A stretch of 62,436 nt of DNA, filler included, from Rhabdomonas costata (lineage: Eukaryota), in NCBI GenBank assembly GCA_019059605.1. It is 34 parts of 34 records of this genome, joined end to end, with 100 filler letters (N's around TTAATTAATTAA, not from the genome) between each part and the next. Parts side by side here need not be neighbours in the genome. Positions count along the whole stretch, not along the records: positions 23,926 to 25,663 come from JAHMHO010009803.1; positions 25,764 to 27,502 come from JAHMHO010009804.1; positions 27,603 to 29,341 come from JAHMHO010009805.1; positions 29,442 to 31,181 come from JAHMHO010009806.1; positions 31,282 to 33,020 come from JAHMHO010009807.1; positions 33,121 to 34,858 come from JAHMHO010009808.1; positions 34,959 to 36,696 come from JAHMHO010009809.1; 27 more parts are not named here. The stretch is one strand, 5' to 3'. The notes beneath the pieces were generated by a model. It saw nothing but the letters and a program-made list of their open reading frames with translations. It searched no databases and had not been told where the DNA came from. The position numbers and the translations under genes were made by a program. Positions 23,929-35,277 of this stretch are shown here, piece by piece. Position 1 is the stretch's first letter; every line of letters begins with the position of its first letter.

Positions 23929-25364
23929 GTGGGGGGAGAGCTTGTCATGGAGCTGAGGTACTCCCGCTCTGCGGCAGCCCCGCTGCGGCTCGCGACCTCT
24001 CCCGCAGGGGGCCCGTGCATGGGGTCCCCGGTGCAGCTGTCGCGGGCGCCCGACCTCCAGCCATCTCTTCCCCGGGTCTATATACACGCGCGGCTTGTGA
24101 AGGATGGGATTTGGGGACTGACGTGTACGTGTCGAGAAGTCGTCCACTTGTGCCCCATAGACGCAGAAGGCGAGTTTCATGGGAAGAAGCGGGACGCCCT
24201 CGCACACACAGTGTGTGACGTGTGACGTCCGGTGCAGCGCTGCGAAATGTGGGACCTGTGGCGGTTACAGTCTGAACAGTTGCTCGTTTCGCACGCTTGC
24301 ACACCAGAATTCTTTCCAGAAAACATCATGTGGTTGGATTTTTATTTTATTAATCAAGGGCTGCTTGTCCGAATCAGTGCAAAAAGCCAACCCACCATTT
24401 ACCGTTTACGAAAAGTCCAGAAGAATAATACCCTTCCGACTTAGCAGACATCGGCTATGCGAGAGAAGAGAAGATGGGGTTGCGTCTTTCCTGGGCAGGA
24501 TAGTGACCCCCGGGTAGGGTGGGTGGCCGTCCCAGTGAATCTGCTGCGGGTATGGCCGCGGGACTTTCGGGTATCGCTCCGCGCTCCTCGCAGCGTGCTC
24601 AACCTCTCGGGCCCCGGTGCCACGTCCTCCTGTGGGCCCAACCAACTTTGGCTCAGGCATCTGCTCTCTTCCTTCCTTCCTTCCCATTTACATATTTCAT
24701 AGCCCAATTCTGGGGGCCAGGCGCACACTCGCATTAGCGTTTCTCCGAGGAAAGACACTATTCGGTGGTCCCAGTGTAGGGTAGTTCCCACACAATGCCG
24801 TGAAACCGGTAGAGGGCTACAACGACGCTGCCCTGAGGAGGGGAATCGTTTGTAGCTAATGCAGTAGGCCTCCCTAAATGCTGTTTTTGGTCAATCTTTG
24901 GGAAGCCAGGTTTCCAGAACTTTCCACCTCTGCCCACTCTGGTGTCCTTTGTCTTTGGTCTTCTTTTTGCACCGCCTGTTGACCCACGCATTGGAGGAAG
25001 GAATGGCGACACCCACAACATATATGCATCCCGCCCCTGTCCACTGCCCTCTTGCAAAAATCCGAAAATGGGGGCCCAGCCAACTGGATTGAGGCTGTCC
25101 AGTTTTTTTGAGTGAACACGTAGCGCCCTTTACCCTTTACCCAACAGTCGGGAAAAGTTTTCTCATGTCAGTACCAATACCAGAATCCTTCTCGGAACCA
25201 TATCCCTCTGGCCATTGCTCCCCCATCCGTCGGTGTGCTTCTCAAAGGTTTGGCTTCTCCAATGCTGTGCGCTGTAGCCTGTACGGCGCCTCGGGGTGGC
25301 CTGCACACCCCTTCCGGCAACGCCGTGTCTCCTGCACTTCGCAGTGCACTGCACAAGCTGCTTC
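23929..25364 (+). CDS. Hypothetical multi-exon protein fragment (approximate exons 23929-24210, 24499-24656, 25278-25364)
   Basis: GC-rich open frames with AG acceptors and GT or GC donors. No family recognised and the joins are uncertain. Confidence 0.4.
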
Positions 25365-26329
25365 GTAAGTGGCGGTCTCGCTTGTCTTGCGGCAGATTCG
25401 CACACACGCAGACCCCCGAGGCCCTCCGCGGGTGGGATCTTTGACACAGATGCGCTGTACTTCGCATTGCTATGGTCGCGATTGGACGGTATTGAAAAAA
25501 ATCTTATCGCTGGAGCCTGCACCCTGCAGACAGACGGATCAGTGGGCGTTGTGTCCGCTTTTGCTTTTTCTTGAACTCCTGTTCGGATGTGTTTCAACAT
25601 GACCTTTTCACCTTTTTGGTTAGTGATTGGGTCATTTGGTCAGTGGGTCAAAAAGACACAAAANNNNNNNNNNNNNNNNNNNNNNNNNNNNNNNNNNNNN
25701 NNNNNNNTTAATTAATTAANNNNNNNNNNNNNNNNNNNNNNNNNNNNNNNNNNNNNNNNNNNNGGGGTTGGTTACTAGTGGTAAAAGAATGTATCAATAA
25801 TGGTTTTATTTTAGCTCACAAAAGATTACGTAGCTGATGCAAGCACATCGAAATGAGTTCATTTTGGTGTAAGGGGGGAAGGTGACCAGTGTTCCCTAGA
25901 GTATTCTTGGTTTGCACGTCAAATCTGGTGCTTGCAAATGACTGACCTGTGGCTAGGATGTAGGAGAGAATTATTTTAGGGCCAAAAACCAGTCCGCGTC
26001 GCGGCCGGAGTGGGCGCGTGGGCCGAGAGCATGACCTAGGGGGACCTTAGTCCACTTTTAAAATAAAGCAGGTTACACCGCAACGTAAGAACTTACGGTT
26101 TGGCGGTAAAAACAGAATATCCAACGCCGAAAAAGGCCAGCGTTTAAAAGTCACCGTGAAAACTGCACATTGGAATTCGTTGCGAACTATTCTCTTACTT
26201 TTGGGGCTTTATAATGTTCAGGTGGAAACCGACACAATTGGTAACGGTTACTAACCCCTCCATGAACCGCGGGCCATCTCCTCAAAAGGAGATGATTAGG
26301 ACCAGGTGGAGCGGCGCCGCCAACTTGTT

Positions 26330-27495
26330 TAACGCTGGTTGGACCTCAACAAAAGAAGTGTCATGAAGGAGGGGGTCTGACCAGAGGCAGCGGGTGCAGT
26401 GGGGGCTTCCCGCTGTGTTCCCAACGGGGTGCCCACGTCGACTAACAGCCGGAGTTCTCTCTGCTTGGAGGAGGCCAGCTCCCCGCCGCCATCCCCGGAG
26501 CCTACCGCGTTGTGAAGGTCCTGCAGAAGAAGAAGCAGGGCGTGCGCCCTGCTGCGGGTTGCGGGGGCTGCTTGGCCACCGAGGAGGTTCCTCGGTAGGC
26601 TTCCAGGAAGCAGAGGCAGAAGCCCAGAGATCACTGAGGGTGTCAGCTGCAGAAGGACACACCAAGCGATGGTGGCAGCGAGACATACATAAAACCCTCC
26701 TGCGCTATGCAAAAGATTCCAGCAAACAATCGGGCAAGGGTTACCACAAGAGAAGATGGGGATTGAGGATGGGGACCTTGTTGACATGAGATATTAGTAA
26801 CCTAAAAAGCTAAAAAGGAGAGTGCTAAGCCGAAGCAGGCCTGTTTTTTTTTGCATATACAGCAGGTCTCCCAAAGCGCTTCGTGGCCGGTCCTTGAGGT
26901 CAGAGTTTCAGACCTTTAATCCCGTGGTGGTGCTTTTAATATCCCGCAGGCAGAAATAAGGCGTTCAATGCTCGTCTGGCATCTGGTTGATTAACACCGT
27001 TCCATGACGGATAATTTTTGTGAGTGGCGTAAACCGGAGCGAGGTGCAAATGAACTTTCAATTAATTAAAGCCTTGCGTCAGATTATGCCGCGTCGGGCG
27101 TCGGGCTTTGATTGTTGGTGAGAGAGAGGGACAGAAACAGATTATCGCTACAATACACAACTCAACAAAAAGACATCAACTTCGAAGGACACCTTCGGGA
27201 GGCAGTTAGGAGCTTCCGAGGCAAGAACGGCGAGGACCTCCACGAGCAGACTCAGGACTTGCGGTTCCATATCGGGAAGACCACCCTTTCCAGATTCACT
27301 AGTGGCGCTTAAGGTGGCGAGAACAGTGGAGAACCACTCCACACAACCGGAGAAGCCGCCCAAGGCTCCCATGCATCGGGCTGCATAAACAGCTCTGTGC
27401 AGCACAGTAGCAGCCTGCTCACGCATGGAGTAACACGGGTCGGCCGCCACAACCCGGCAAACCGGGGCCCAAAGGACAGAAAGACCAGCTTGCAC
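26330..27495 (-). CDS. Helical HEAT/ARM-like protein fragment, possibly a large Sec7-GEF/Mon2-type C-terminal region
   Basis: LWAPVCRVVAADPCYSMREQAATVLHRAV is HEAT-like. The exon ends near 27196 at a GT donor, and a second GC-rich exon lies at about 26645-26330. Confidence 0.4.
26812..26933 (+). repeat. Dispersed structured repeat, copy 2 (intronic)
   Basis: Homologous to 22197-22324. Confidence 0.8.
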
Positions 27496-29463
27496 AAACC
27501 CCNNNNNNNNNNNNNNNNNNNNNNNNNNNNNNNNNNNNNNNNNNNNTTAATTAATTAANNNNNNNNNNNNNNNNNNNNNNNNNNNNNNNNNNNNNNNNNN
27601 NNGTGTTGTGTGTTTGGTGTTTTGGGGGAAGGGAAAGCTGGGATACGCTAATAGCAACGCCGTTCTGCCTATGAACGCCGTCATATGGTCACGTTGGGTA
27701 ATGGCTAATGGAAACTTGCTTCTGGCCGATTCTCCCCCATTCTGGAAATTCGGCAGGTAATCAGGGTGGCCGGGACGCAGCACAGTAGCTGTGCACACCA
27801 CTGCCGTCTGCGCAGCGCGAGACGATAGACACCAAGCCAACGACACAGAACACAACGCAAGACTCACTCAGTTAACAGTAAAAAATTGTTTTCGCCAAGG
27901 TTAGCGATCCACATCCAGGACGGACGGGAACTAAAAGCAACCAGCCGACACACAAAATAAGAGGAAAAATATGCAAATAAAAAAAATGGAAAAAAGCGAG
28001 GAGGAAGCTCGCGCGGCGCACAGAACGTTCTCTATTTCCGCACGCAATTGACGGGCGGCGGAAAGGAGCGGAGACCACAGTTCACAGAACCTCAGAGTGA
28101 GAGACTTAAGCTGTCCGTTTGGCAGTTTAGATGGAGCAGGAGCAGGAGTTCAATGGAGCAAGCACATGTTTCTGAACCAACCATTTTTTTGAACCTACAC
28201 TGTTGTGCTACCTCACGGAGACTCACTGCAAACGGCAAGTAACAAACAGCAAACAAAACACATAACAAGAAACACGAAAGGGATGAAAAGCTGAAAGGTG
28301 GTACAGGAGACTTGTGCAGCTCGCTCACTGTTTAGCTAGGCTGTTCATTAGGCCCGGTTCCCCTTTGGTTTCAAATTTCTTAGTATTCATGAAATGCCAT
28401 TTTATTGCAGCCCTCGCGGAAGAGAGAATCTAAAATTAGAACAACCAAAAGGCAAAAGGCAAGTTCAAGAGTATTTTAAATTTTTGGCAGGATATCCTGA
28501 AGCTTTGCGGCTTTGCGGGCGGATGTTGGAGTGCGTCATAAGGATGTTTTAAAAGTCTTTTCCAGGTGTCAAAAACACCTCAGGAACTGAGGAACAAACC
28601 CAGAGCAAAAAATCAACACTCCAGCCGTAATAATTGCAATCTGTCATGATTCCGCCAAATTTCCGATGCTTCCCGAATGTTCCTCACCAAACTGCCCCCC
28701 TGCTCCCGCGGCGCCGCGGGCTCGCCCACTAGGCCTCCCCGGACTCGCCTCCGGTTTCAAAAATTTCTATCACATTGTCTGTGAAAGCCCCAAGGGGCAA
28801 GTCCTCAGTCAGCGTTCCCATAGATGACAACAGTTGGACCATTCAGCTCCAAGTCACAACCTTTTCTTGAGAACCTCCCCACATTGAAGTCGTGACGGCC
28901 ATCCCCCTCCCTGTGAGCCGCTGGGATTGTGCTGGATTTGTTTTGGCTCTTGGCGCTAAGCAGGTTTCTCTCTCTCTCTCTCTCTCTTTCTAACTCACTC
29001 CCTTTGTTTTTCGGTCGTCCATCAAGGTAAGCGGCGGAAAAAAAAACAGCCCCAGAACGTTAAGGGCCGCGGGTGTGACGATGGGTGTGACGAAAGAAAA
29101 GCGGTGTTGTCAAAAGAAAAGAAAAAGCTCCATTGAATGAATCTGTTTTCGTTAATTTACCCCGATGACCCATGCCCCTTGGGAAGGTGAATGGAACAAA
29201 CCTGACACTATACTAAAGGTGCCAGTGATTCAAAAGTCTTGGGACCGAAGGTGTCATGGCCTGAGATCGCGTCCTCTAATCCTCTAATCCCTGATAGACG
29301 ACGAGGACCAGACAGAAGATCGACCACATGGCCACCCAAAANNNNNNNNNNNNNNNNNNNNNNNNNNNNNNNNNNNNNNNNNNNNTTAATTAATTAANNN
29401 NNNNNNNNNNNNNNNNNNNNNNNNNNNNNNNNNNNNNNNNNTTGGTGTGTTTGGGTTGGGGTG

Positions 29464-29761
29464 GTGGCCGTGCGGAGGTGTGTGTGTGTGTGGTGGTTTT
29501 TTTACTTGGGACGATGTCCTTCACGGTTTTTGTGTGATGAGCAGCATCATGCGATTCACTTTTTTGACACAGCGAGGGAGTATTGGACCGTCTATTTGTA
29601 TGTTGTTACCCCGGTATACTGCTTGAGCTTTGTCACCTGTTGTAATTGTTTTATGGGAAGCGCTGTCCGATTGTACTGCTGAGCTCAGTTGGGTGGCAAA
29701 TTTCGAGCCTTTTGAGTGCAAGTAAAAAAACCACCACACACACACACCTCCGCACGGCCAC
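29464..29761. repeat. Contig-terminal inverted repeat (29464-29508 vs 29719-29761); likely fold-back chimera
   Basis: The arms are reverse complements except for one GT unit, and they include exon and donor sequence of the adjacent gene. Confidence 0.85.
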
Positions 29762-30950
29762 GCTCCCACGTCTCCTCAATCGTGTTGATCATGTGCCGGG
29801 AGGCAAGCCCAAGCCCAAGCACCCCAAAAAGCGTGATGCCGAAGGCCGCGCCAAGAAGGATCAGCAGGTTCACAATCAACGGCCACTCTACCTCACTGAC
29901 GTCGATTTTAAGCATAAAAGCAATGCCCAGCTCAGGCATCGTATCAACCGCAGCCATGGTCTCCTTTCCACGATAGTCTATGCCCCAGAGCAATTTCCCA
30001 ACTGTAATTGTCGACGAGGACAATATCTGGGCGCCTTGACGGGCAATGCCACTGTTGCTGACGCACAAAGTCTTGCTGCAGTCCAAGTTGCGATACTTGA
30101 GATTGGAGAGCACCTGTAAAACATCATTGCGGCCCTTGTACGACTTACCCACCAGCAGCTCGAGTGAACCGGTCTGCTTAACGTTCTGATCATTGCTGTA
30201 CTGCACAGCCTGAGCGATGCCGTCATCGATAACCTCTTGGTCATCCATCTTCAGCACAATCCCTACCTTCAGGTCAGGCACGCAGCCATACGAAACCAGA
30301 ACCTTCACTCCACGGTAGTCGACATCCTCCGTAGACCCTGCGGCACACTGCACGGTAGCTAGACTGATGATGGCAGTGCTCGATTGATTGACGGGACAGG
30401 GACCTCCCGAGCAGTTGAACTTCGGTACAGTGAGCACCAACGCCCCAGTCGTGCCATTGGTCGTCACCTGCCTCGCTATCCTGATCTCAGAGGTGCCATT
30501 GAGCTGCGCGTTGATGGCATCCCCCGCGATGCCCAGATTTTCGATCACGTCGTCCCGAAGCTCAGCCATCTCAACCTCCATCACAAGCGTGGTGTTCAGC
30601 GGCGGCAGCAGGGCCGCCACCGCAAGCACCTCCTTGCCCTGATAGCTGTTGGCGATGACTATTTTGCTAGCTGAGACACCCCGAGGCCGCAGAAATCGCC
30701 TGCGCCGAGGCCTGGTCGTATACACAGGTTCCTCCGCTGCACAAGCTGGAGTTCATCGACGTCACCGGGGTCCCAGGAGAGGCCTGAGAAACCACCAGAA
30801 GCTCCATCGAGGTCTGACCTCGGGCTCGGGTGTCGGCATTCGCTGCGTTGGCGGAGGCGAGGATGAGGGGCATGAACTTCTTCTGCATTGCTGCGCTGGT
30901 GACAGTGAATATCAGCACCGTGTCATTCAGGCATTCCACCGGCATGTAAG
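29748..30950 (-). CDS. Receptor with tandem Cache-like extracellular modules and a TM helix; single 1.2-kb exon with one frameshift
   Basis: Three repeats: SYQGKEVLAV...LVMEVEMAEL, DYRGVKVLVSY...IVLKMDDQEV, DYRGKETMAAV...FMLKIDVSEV, then a TM segment. Frame changes at the G4 run 30679-30682. Confidence 0.8.
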
Positions 30951-31288
30951 CTGCAAGCAAAGTGCGAACAACTGATAAAGTAAACGGTCAAATTGGCTGA
31001 CGGGAAAAAAGTAACAAAAGCGGTAAGACGGGACCAGCCGAAAGCGTGGATGCCTGCAGTTTTTTTTCACATTGCGCAATGCGCAATGCGCAAAAAAAAG
31101 GGGGGGGGGCACAAAAGGTCCTCTTTTTCCGGCTCCAAGCAAAACAGCAATTGACACAACCAACCAAACTCACCCAACTCANNNNNNNNNNNNNNNNNNN
31201 NNNNNNNNNNNNNNNNNNNNNNNNNTTAATTAATTAANNNNNNNNNNNNNNNNNNNNNNNNNNNNNNNNNNNNNNNNNNNNGATCCCG

Positions 31289-32798
31289 GGTTTGCCTGGC
31301 GACGACTTCAGCACGGAGAACGGGGTGTTGGTCACGCGCGGTAACCGCTGGCCACTGATGATCGACCCCCAGGGCCAGGCCCTGAAGTGGATCAAGATGA
31401 TGGAGAAACCCCGTGGGCTCAAGGTCATTGTCCTTCCCCCCGTCGCACGATGCATTTCGTTTGGGAATGAATGCGCCAACAAACGTTAGCTCTTCCGGAA
31501 GAACTCGCTCGGTCACAGGTGATTCGGGGTTTGGGTCTGCCCCTGGCGGTCGTTTCCGAGACGGGCAATCAGATGCCACCAGAAGAGTTTCAGAGTCAAA
31601 ACCCAACAGTAGGACCTTGGCAGTGCATTTACAATGAACACATTTCACAAGGCGGTGAACCTGCAAGTATGTTAAACGGAGGTGCAAGTATGTGAAACGG
31701 AGGTCCCCGCACCCACCCTCAGGTCTTGGACATGAAGATGCCGGACTTCCTGCGGACCATCGAGCATGCCGTGCAGCTGGGGCAGCCCGTGTTGATGCAG
31801 GACGTGCTGGAGGAGCTGGACCCCAGCTTGGAGCCCATCCTCAGCCGTGCGGTGATTCGACAGGGCAGCCGCTTCGTGATCAAGATTGGCGATAACACCG
31901 TGGACTACCACGAGCAGTTCAAGTTCTACATCACCACCAAGCTGGTCTGCGTGTGTTTGTCCTTCAGCTTCAATCTTGAGGCCAGTGTTTTGGGGACGCG
32001 CTGCTCTTTGGGGTTATACGCATTTCCAAAGGAGAAAATTTCCTTTGTGGAACGTACGACATAACGTGTCATCACAACCCCCGCAGGCCCAGCGTTTCTG
32101 CCTCGTAGCCTGCTTTGGTCCAAAACTTCTCCCTCCCGTCCGCCCCGCGACAGCCCAGTCCTCAACAAGTTCTATATTCTGTGGTAATGGCCTCGCCCAA
32201 ACCCCTTGTACCAAAGGAATACTCTTCTAAGATGACCTCTTATATGTAAAGAAAGAAACATTAGAACAGCTTTTATTACCCTTGGCAACTGTCTCCCATC
32301 GATGGTGTCATCTCTTTTCAACAACGCCAACTCACCAAATCGCTCCCCCATTCTTACTCGCTCATACTTGGCCACTCCCTCGCTCGCCTACTGGTGCAAA
32401 GTTCTCGCGGCACACCCAGCACTGACTGCTGTACTCACAGTTGTTTCTGGTTTTGTGTCTTTCCTGAGGCTTTTCTTCTTCACCTGTCAAGTGTGCTTCC
32501 TCCCCTTTTTGCCCTCTCGTAGGCCAACCCATACTACAGCCCAGAGATCTGCACAAAGACCATCCTGGTGAACTTTGCGGTGAAGGAGCAGGGGCTGGAG
32601 GACCAGCTGCTGAAGACCGTGGTACGCCGCGAGAAGGCCGACCTGGAGGAACAGAAGGACGAGCTCGTGCTCAACGTCGCGGCGGCCAAGAAGCGCACCA
32701 AGGAGCTCGAGGATAAGATCCTCAGGCTGCTCGCGAACAGCGATGAGAGTCTTCTGGAAGATGTTAACCTGGTCAATACTCTGCAGACCTCGAAGCAG
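31289..32798 (+). CDS. Axonemal dynein heavy chain, AAA5 region, DNAH2/DHC1-beta-like (exons to 31423, 31723-31944, 32523-32798)
   Basis: [11 protein letters not shown]...[45 protein letters not shown]...[15 protein letters not shown]. Phase-0 GT-AG introns. Confidence 0.95.
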
Positions 32799-32861
32799 GT
32801 TTGGGTCGTCCACCAGTTGTCTAGCAAGACTCTGCTCGTTTTGCTGGAGTGGAATGTGGTC

Positions 32862-33017
32862 TTGTGGTCTTGGCCTTTGTGTTTGCTGGAGAAAGTGTCA
32901 TTTATACCGTGGTGAACACTTTTATTTGGCAACTCATGAATCCACGTGTAAAAAAAAAAGTGTTCACCACGGTATAAATGACACTTTCTCCAGCAAACAC
33001 AAAGGCCAAGACCACAA
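32862..33017. repeat. Perfect 62-bp contig-terminal inverted repeat (32862-32923 vs 32956-33017)
   Basis: Exact reverse complement with a 32-nt loop, ending at the contig end. Confidence 0.9.
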
Positions 33018-33120
33018 CACNNNNNNNNNNNNNNNNNNNNNNNNNNNNNNNNNNNNNNNNNNNNTTAATTAATTAANNNNNNNNNNNNNNNNNNNNNNNN
33101 NNNNNNNNNNNNNNNNNNNN

Positions 33121-33582
33121 GAGAAGAAGTCCAAGAAGGAAAAGGACGATAATAAGAAGGACAAGGAGAAACACAAGGATAAGGACAGGGCAGAAAAGCA
33201 CAAGGACAAGCACAAGGACAAGGGCAGCAAGGAGCACCCCAAGGAGAAGAAGCACTCGCAGGAGCCCTCGGCGGAGAGAGGCCCTCCCGAGGACAAGGCA
33301 TGCCCGTGTGCATTTGATGGGATCCCTGCAAGAAGAACTGCAAGGGATCCATGAGTTTGGTTCTTTGGTTGGTTTTGTGTTGTTTGCTTTAGTGCACGAG
33401 GGCATTGTTATTTTGGTTCTGCGCTGTCGAGTGGGCTGGAATGCCAGAGGACCCATGTGAGGGAGGGGGGAGGATTTGGGTCAGGGAAATGGATTGCTTT
33501 GTCTCAGGAGGAAGAGCTGAAGGGCTCCTCACAGCCCAAGGAGCCGAAGCGGCAGAAGATCGTGCTTGACGACGACCACTGA
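33121..33582 (+). CDS. Lys/Asp/His-rich low-complexity protein C-terminus (exons to 33297, 33508-33582)
   Basis: EKKSKKEKDDNKKDKEKHKDKD...PPEDK/EEELKGSSQPKEPKRQKIVLDDDH*, joined by a GC-AG intron. Confidence 0.7.
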
Positions 33583-35277
33583 GCCTCTCCCTGCACTCAC
33601 ATAAGGACTGTCTCGACGTAACCTATTGTCCAGTTTTCTCATGAGTGGTCTTCCCCACACTGACTTCATCGGCCTTGTGATTTCATCGCTGCCGGTGGTT
33701 TTTACCTTCAGAGGGGGCACATATGTGGATGCAGTGTGTCGGTCGCTCTCTCTTTCGAGAGTACTTTTTTCTCCCTTTCTCGCTACCGCTGCCGTCAGCC
33801 GCTTGCCTGTCTTTTCTGTACAGCTCCTGGACGCATTTCTCTTCCCTCATGCTTTCATTCGTCCGTTCTTTGCCCATCTCTTGTGCTCTTTGTGATGCTC
33901 TCGTTTTGCTGGCGTTTCCTGCGTCTCGCAACCCCCGGACTACGTCAGTTGCGTTTTTGCTGCGCTTCAGAGGGTGAAGTGGGATTCCCTTCTTCGCCTT
34001 TTTGGAGCCGAGGACCTTGGAACTGTGATGGGACCTGGAGCAGCGCCACCTTGGATGACTGAGGGGGCTTGAGCTCTCGATAGAGGACTGCTGCACAGTA
34101 CCTCTTCCTTTCGGCAACAGGATGGGAGGGCAAGGAGAAGAAACGGGGGTTCCTTATGAGTATAAGGAGAACAACGTAGTAGTGGGCATTGAAAATAATG
34201 GGCGGTTGCTGACGCGGTCAATGTGAATTCTGTGCATTTTTATTGGCACCTCAGCTTTCGTTTCTTGGGAAATTTTTGCTATGTAACACTGCGTATTCTC
34301 CGCTCACAACCGTGCCACAAACGGGGGACGTATTATTTGAGGTTTTCAAACCGATTGGTCTCCCACCACTTGCTGTTTTTCAATTCCAATGTTATAATTT
34401 TTGCAGGGCGTCAAAGAACAGGCGCACACACATGCACATATGCACATGTACAGGAGGCAGACGCTGAAGGAAGAGCCAGCGAGGTACTTTGCAAATTGAA
34501 GCACGGCAGCGAAAAGCGATACGAGAACGGCAGCAATGGACGGAGGAAAAATGAGCCCGAAGGAGCAGGCGGTGGCCAGTGTCAGTAAAACATCACAAGA
34601 CAATGCGGGTTGAAAAGCAGAACGGTCTGCGCTTATGTTCTTTTCTCGTTTTGCTCTCCCGTCTCTTTTGGGTTCTTTTTTGCCCCTGTTGCTTTTGGAG
34701 GCTTGGCCCTAATGCAAGCGCTGCCCCAGGCGGCGGCGACCCTGCCCCCGCAGCCGCGGTGCAGAACCAACCACAATTTTGGGGTCCCCCTGCTACCCGC
34801 CCTAATCGCACCACCCCCGGCCACTGGGCCGGGAGCGCGTATATTATTATATTATTAANNNNNNNNNNNNNNNNNNNNNNNNNNNNNNNNNNNNNNNNNN
34901 NNTTAATTAATTAANNNNNNNNNNNNNNNNNNNNNNNNNNNNNNNNNNNNNNNNNNNNGGGGTTGTGGACCCGTTTTCCTAGAAAAAATATAGGGAAGCA
35001 TCCATTAGCTGGTGGCAAGGTTTCCGTTCTGTCGCGCATCGACCTTCTGTTGGTGATGGCGATAGTTCGTGTGACGCCCCATCGGCGGCGATGAAATGGC
35101 CTACCCTGCCAAATCTTTTCACAACGCGGCACATACTCCAGGTCCACCGCGCGAGCACCCATAAGCAGTTTCCAGTTTTTATACCTGAGGACGTCCGCTT
35201 GTGGTTTTGCTTTTGATTCCTTGGAACCAAAACCAAAAGAACCACTGCTGCATTTCATTTCCCTGCCATCACCACAG

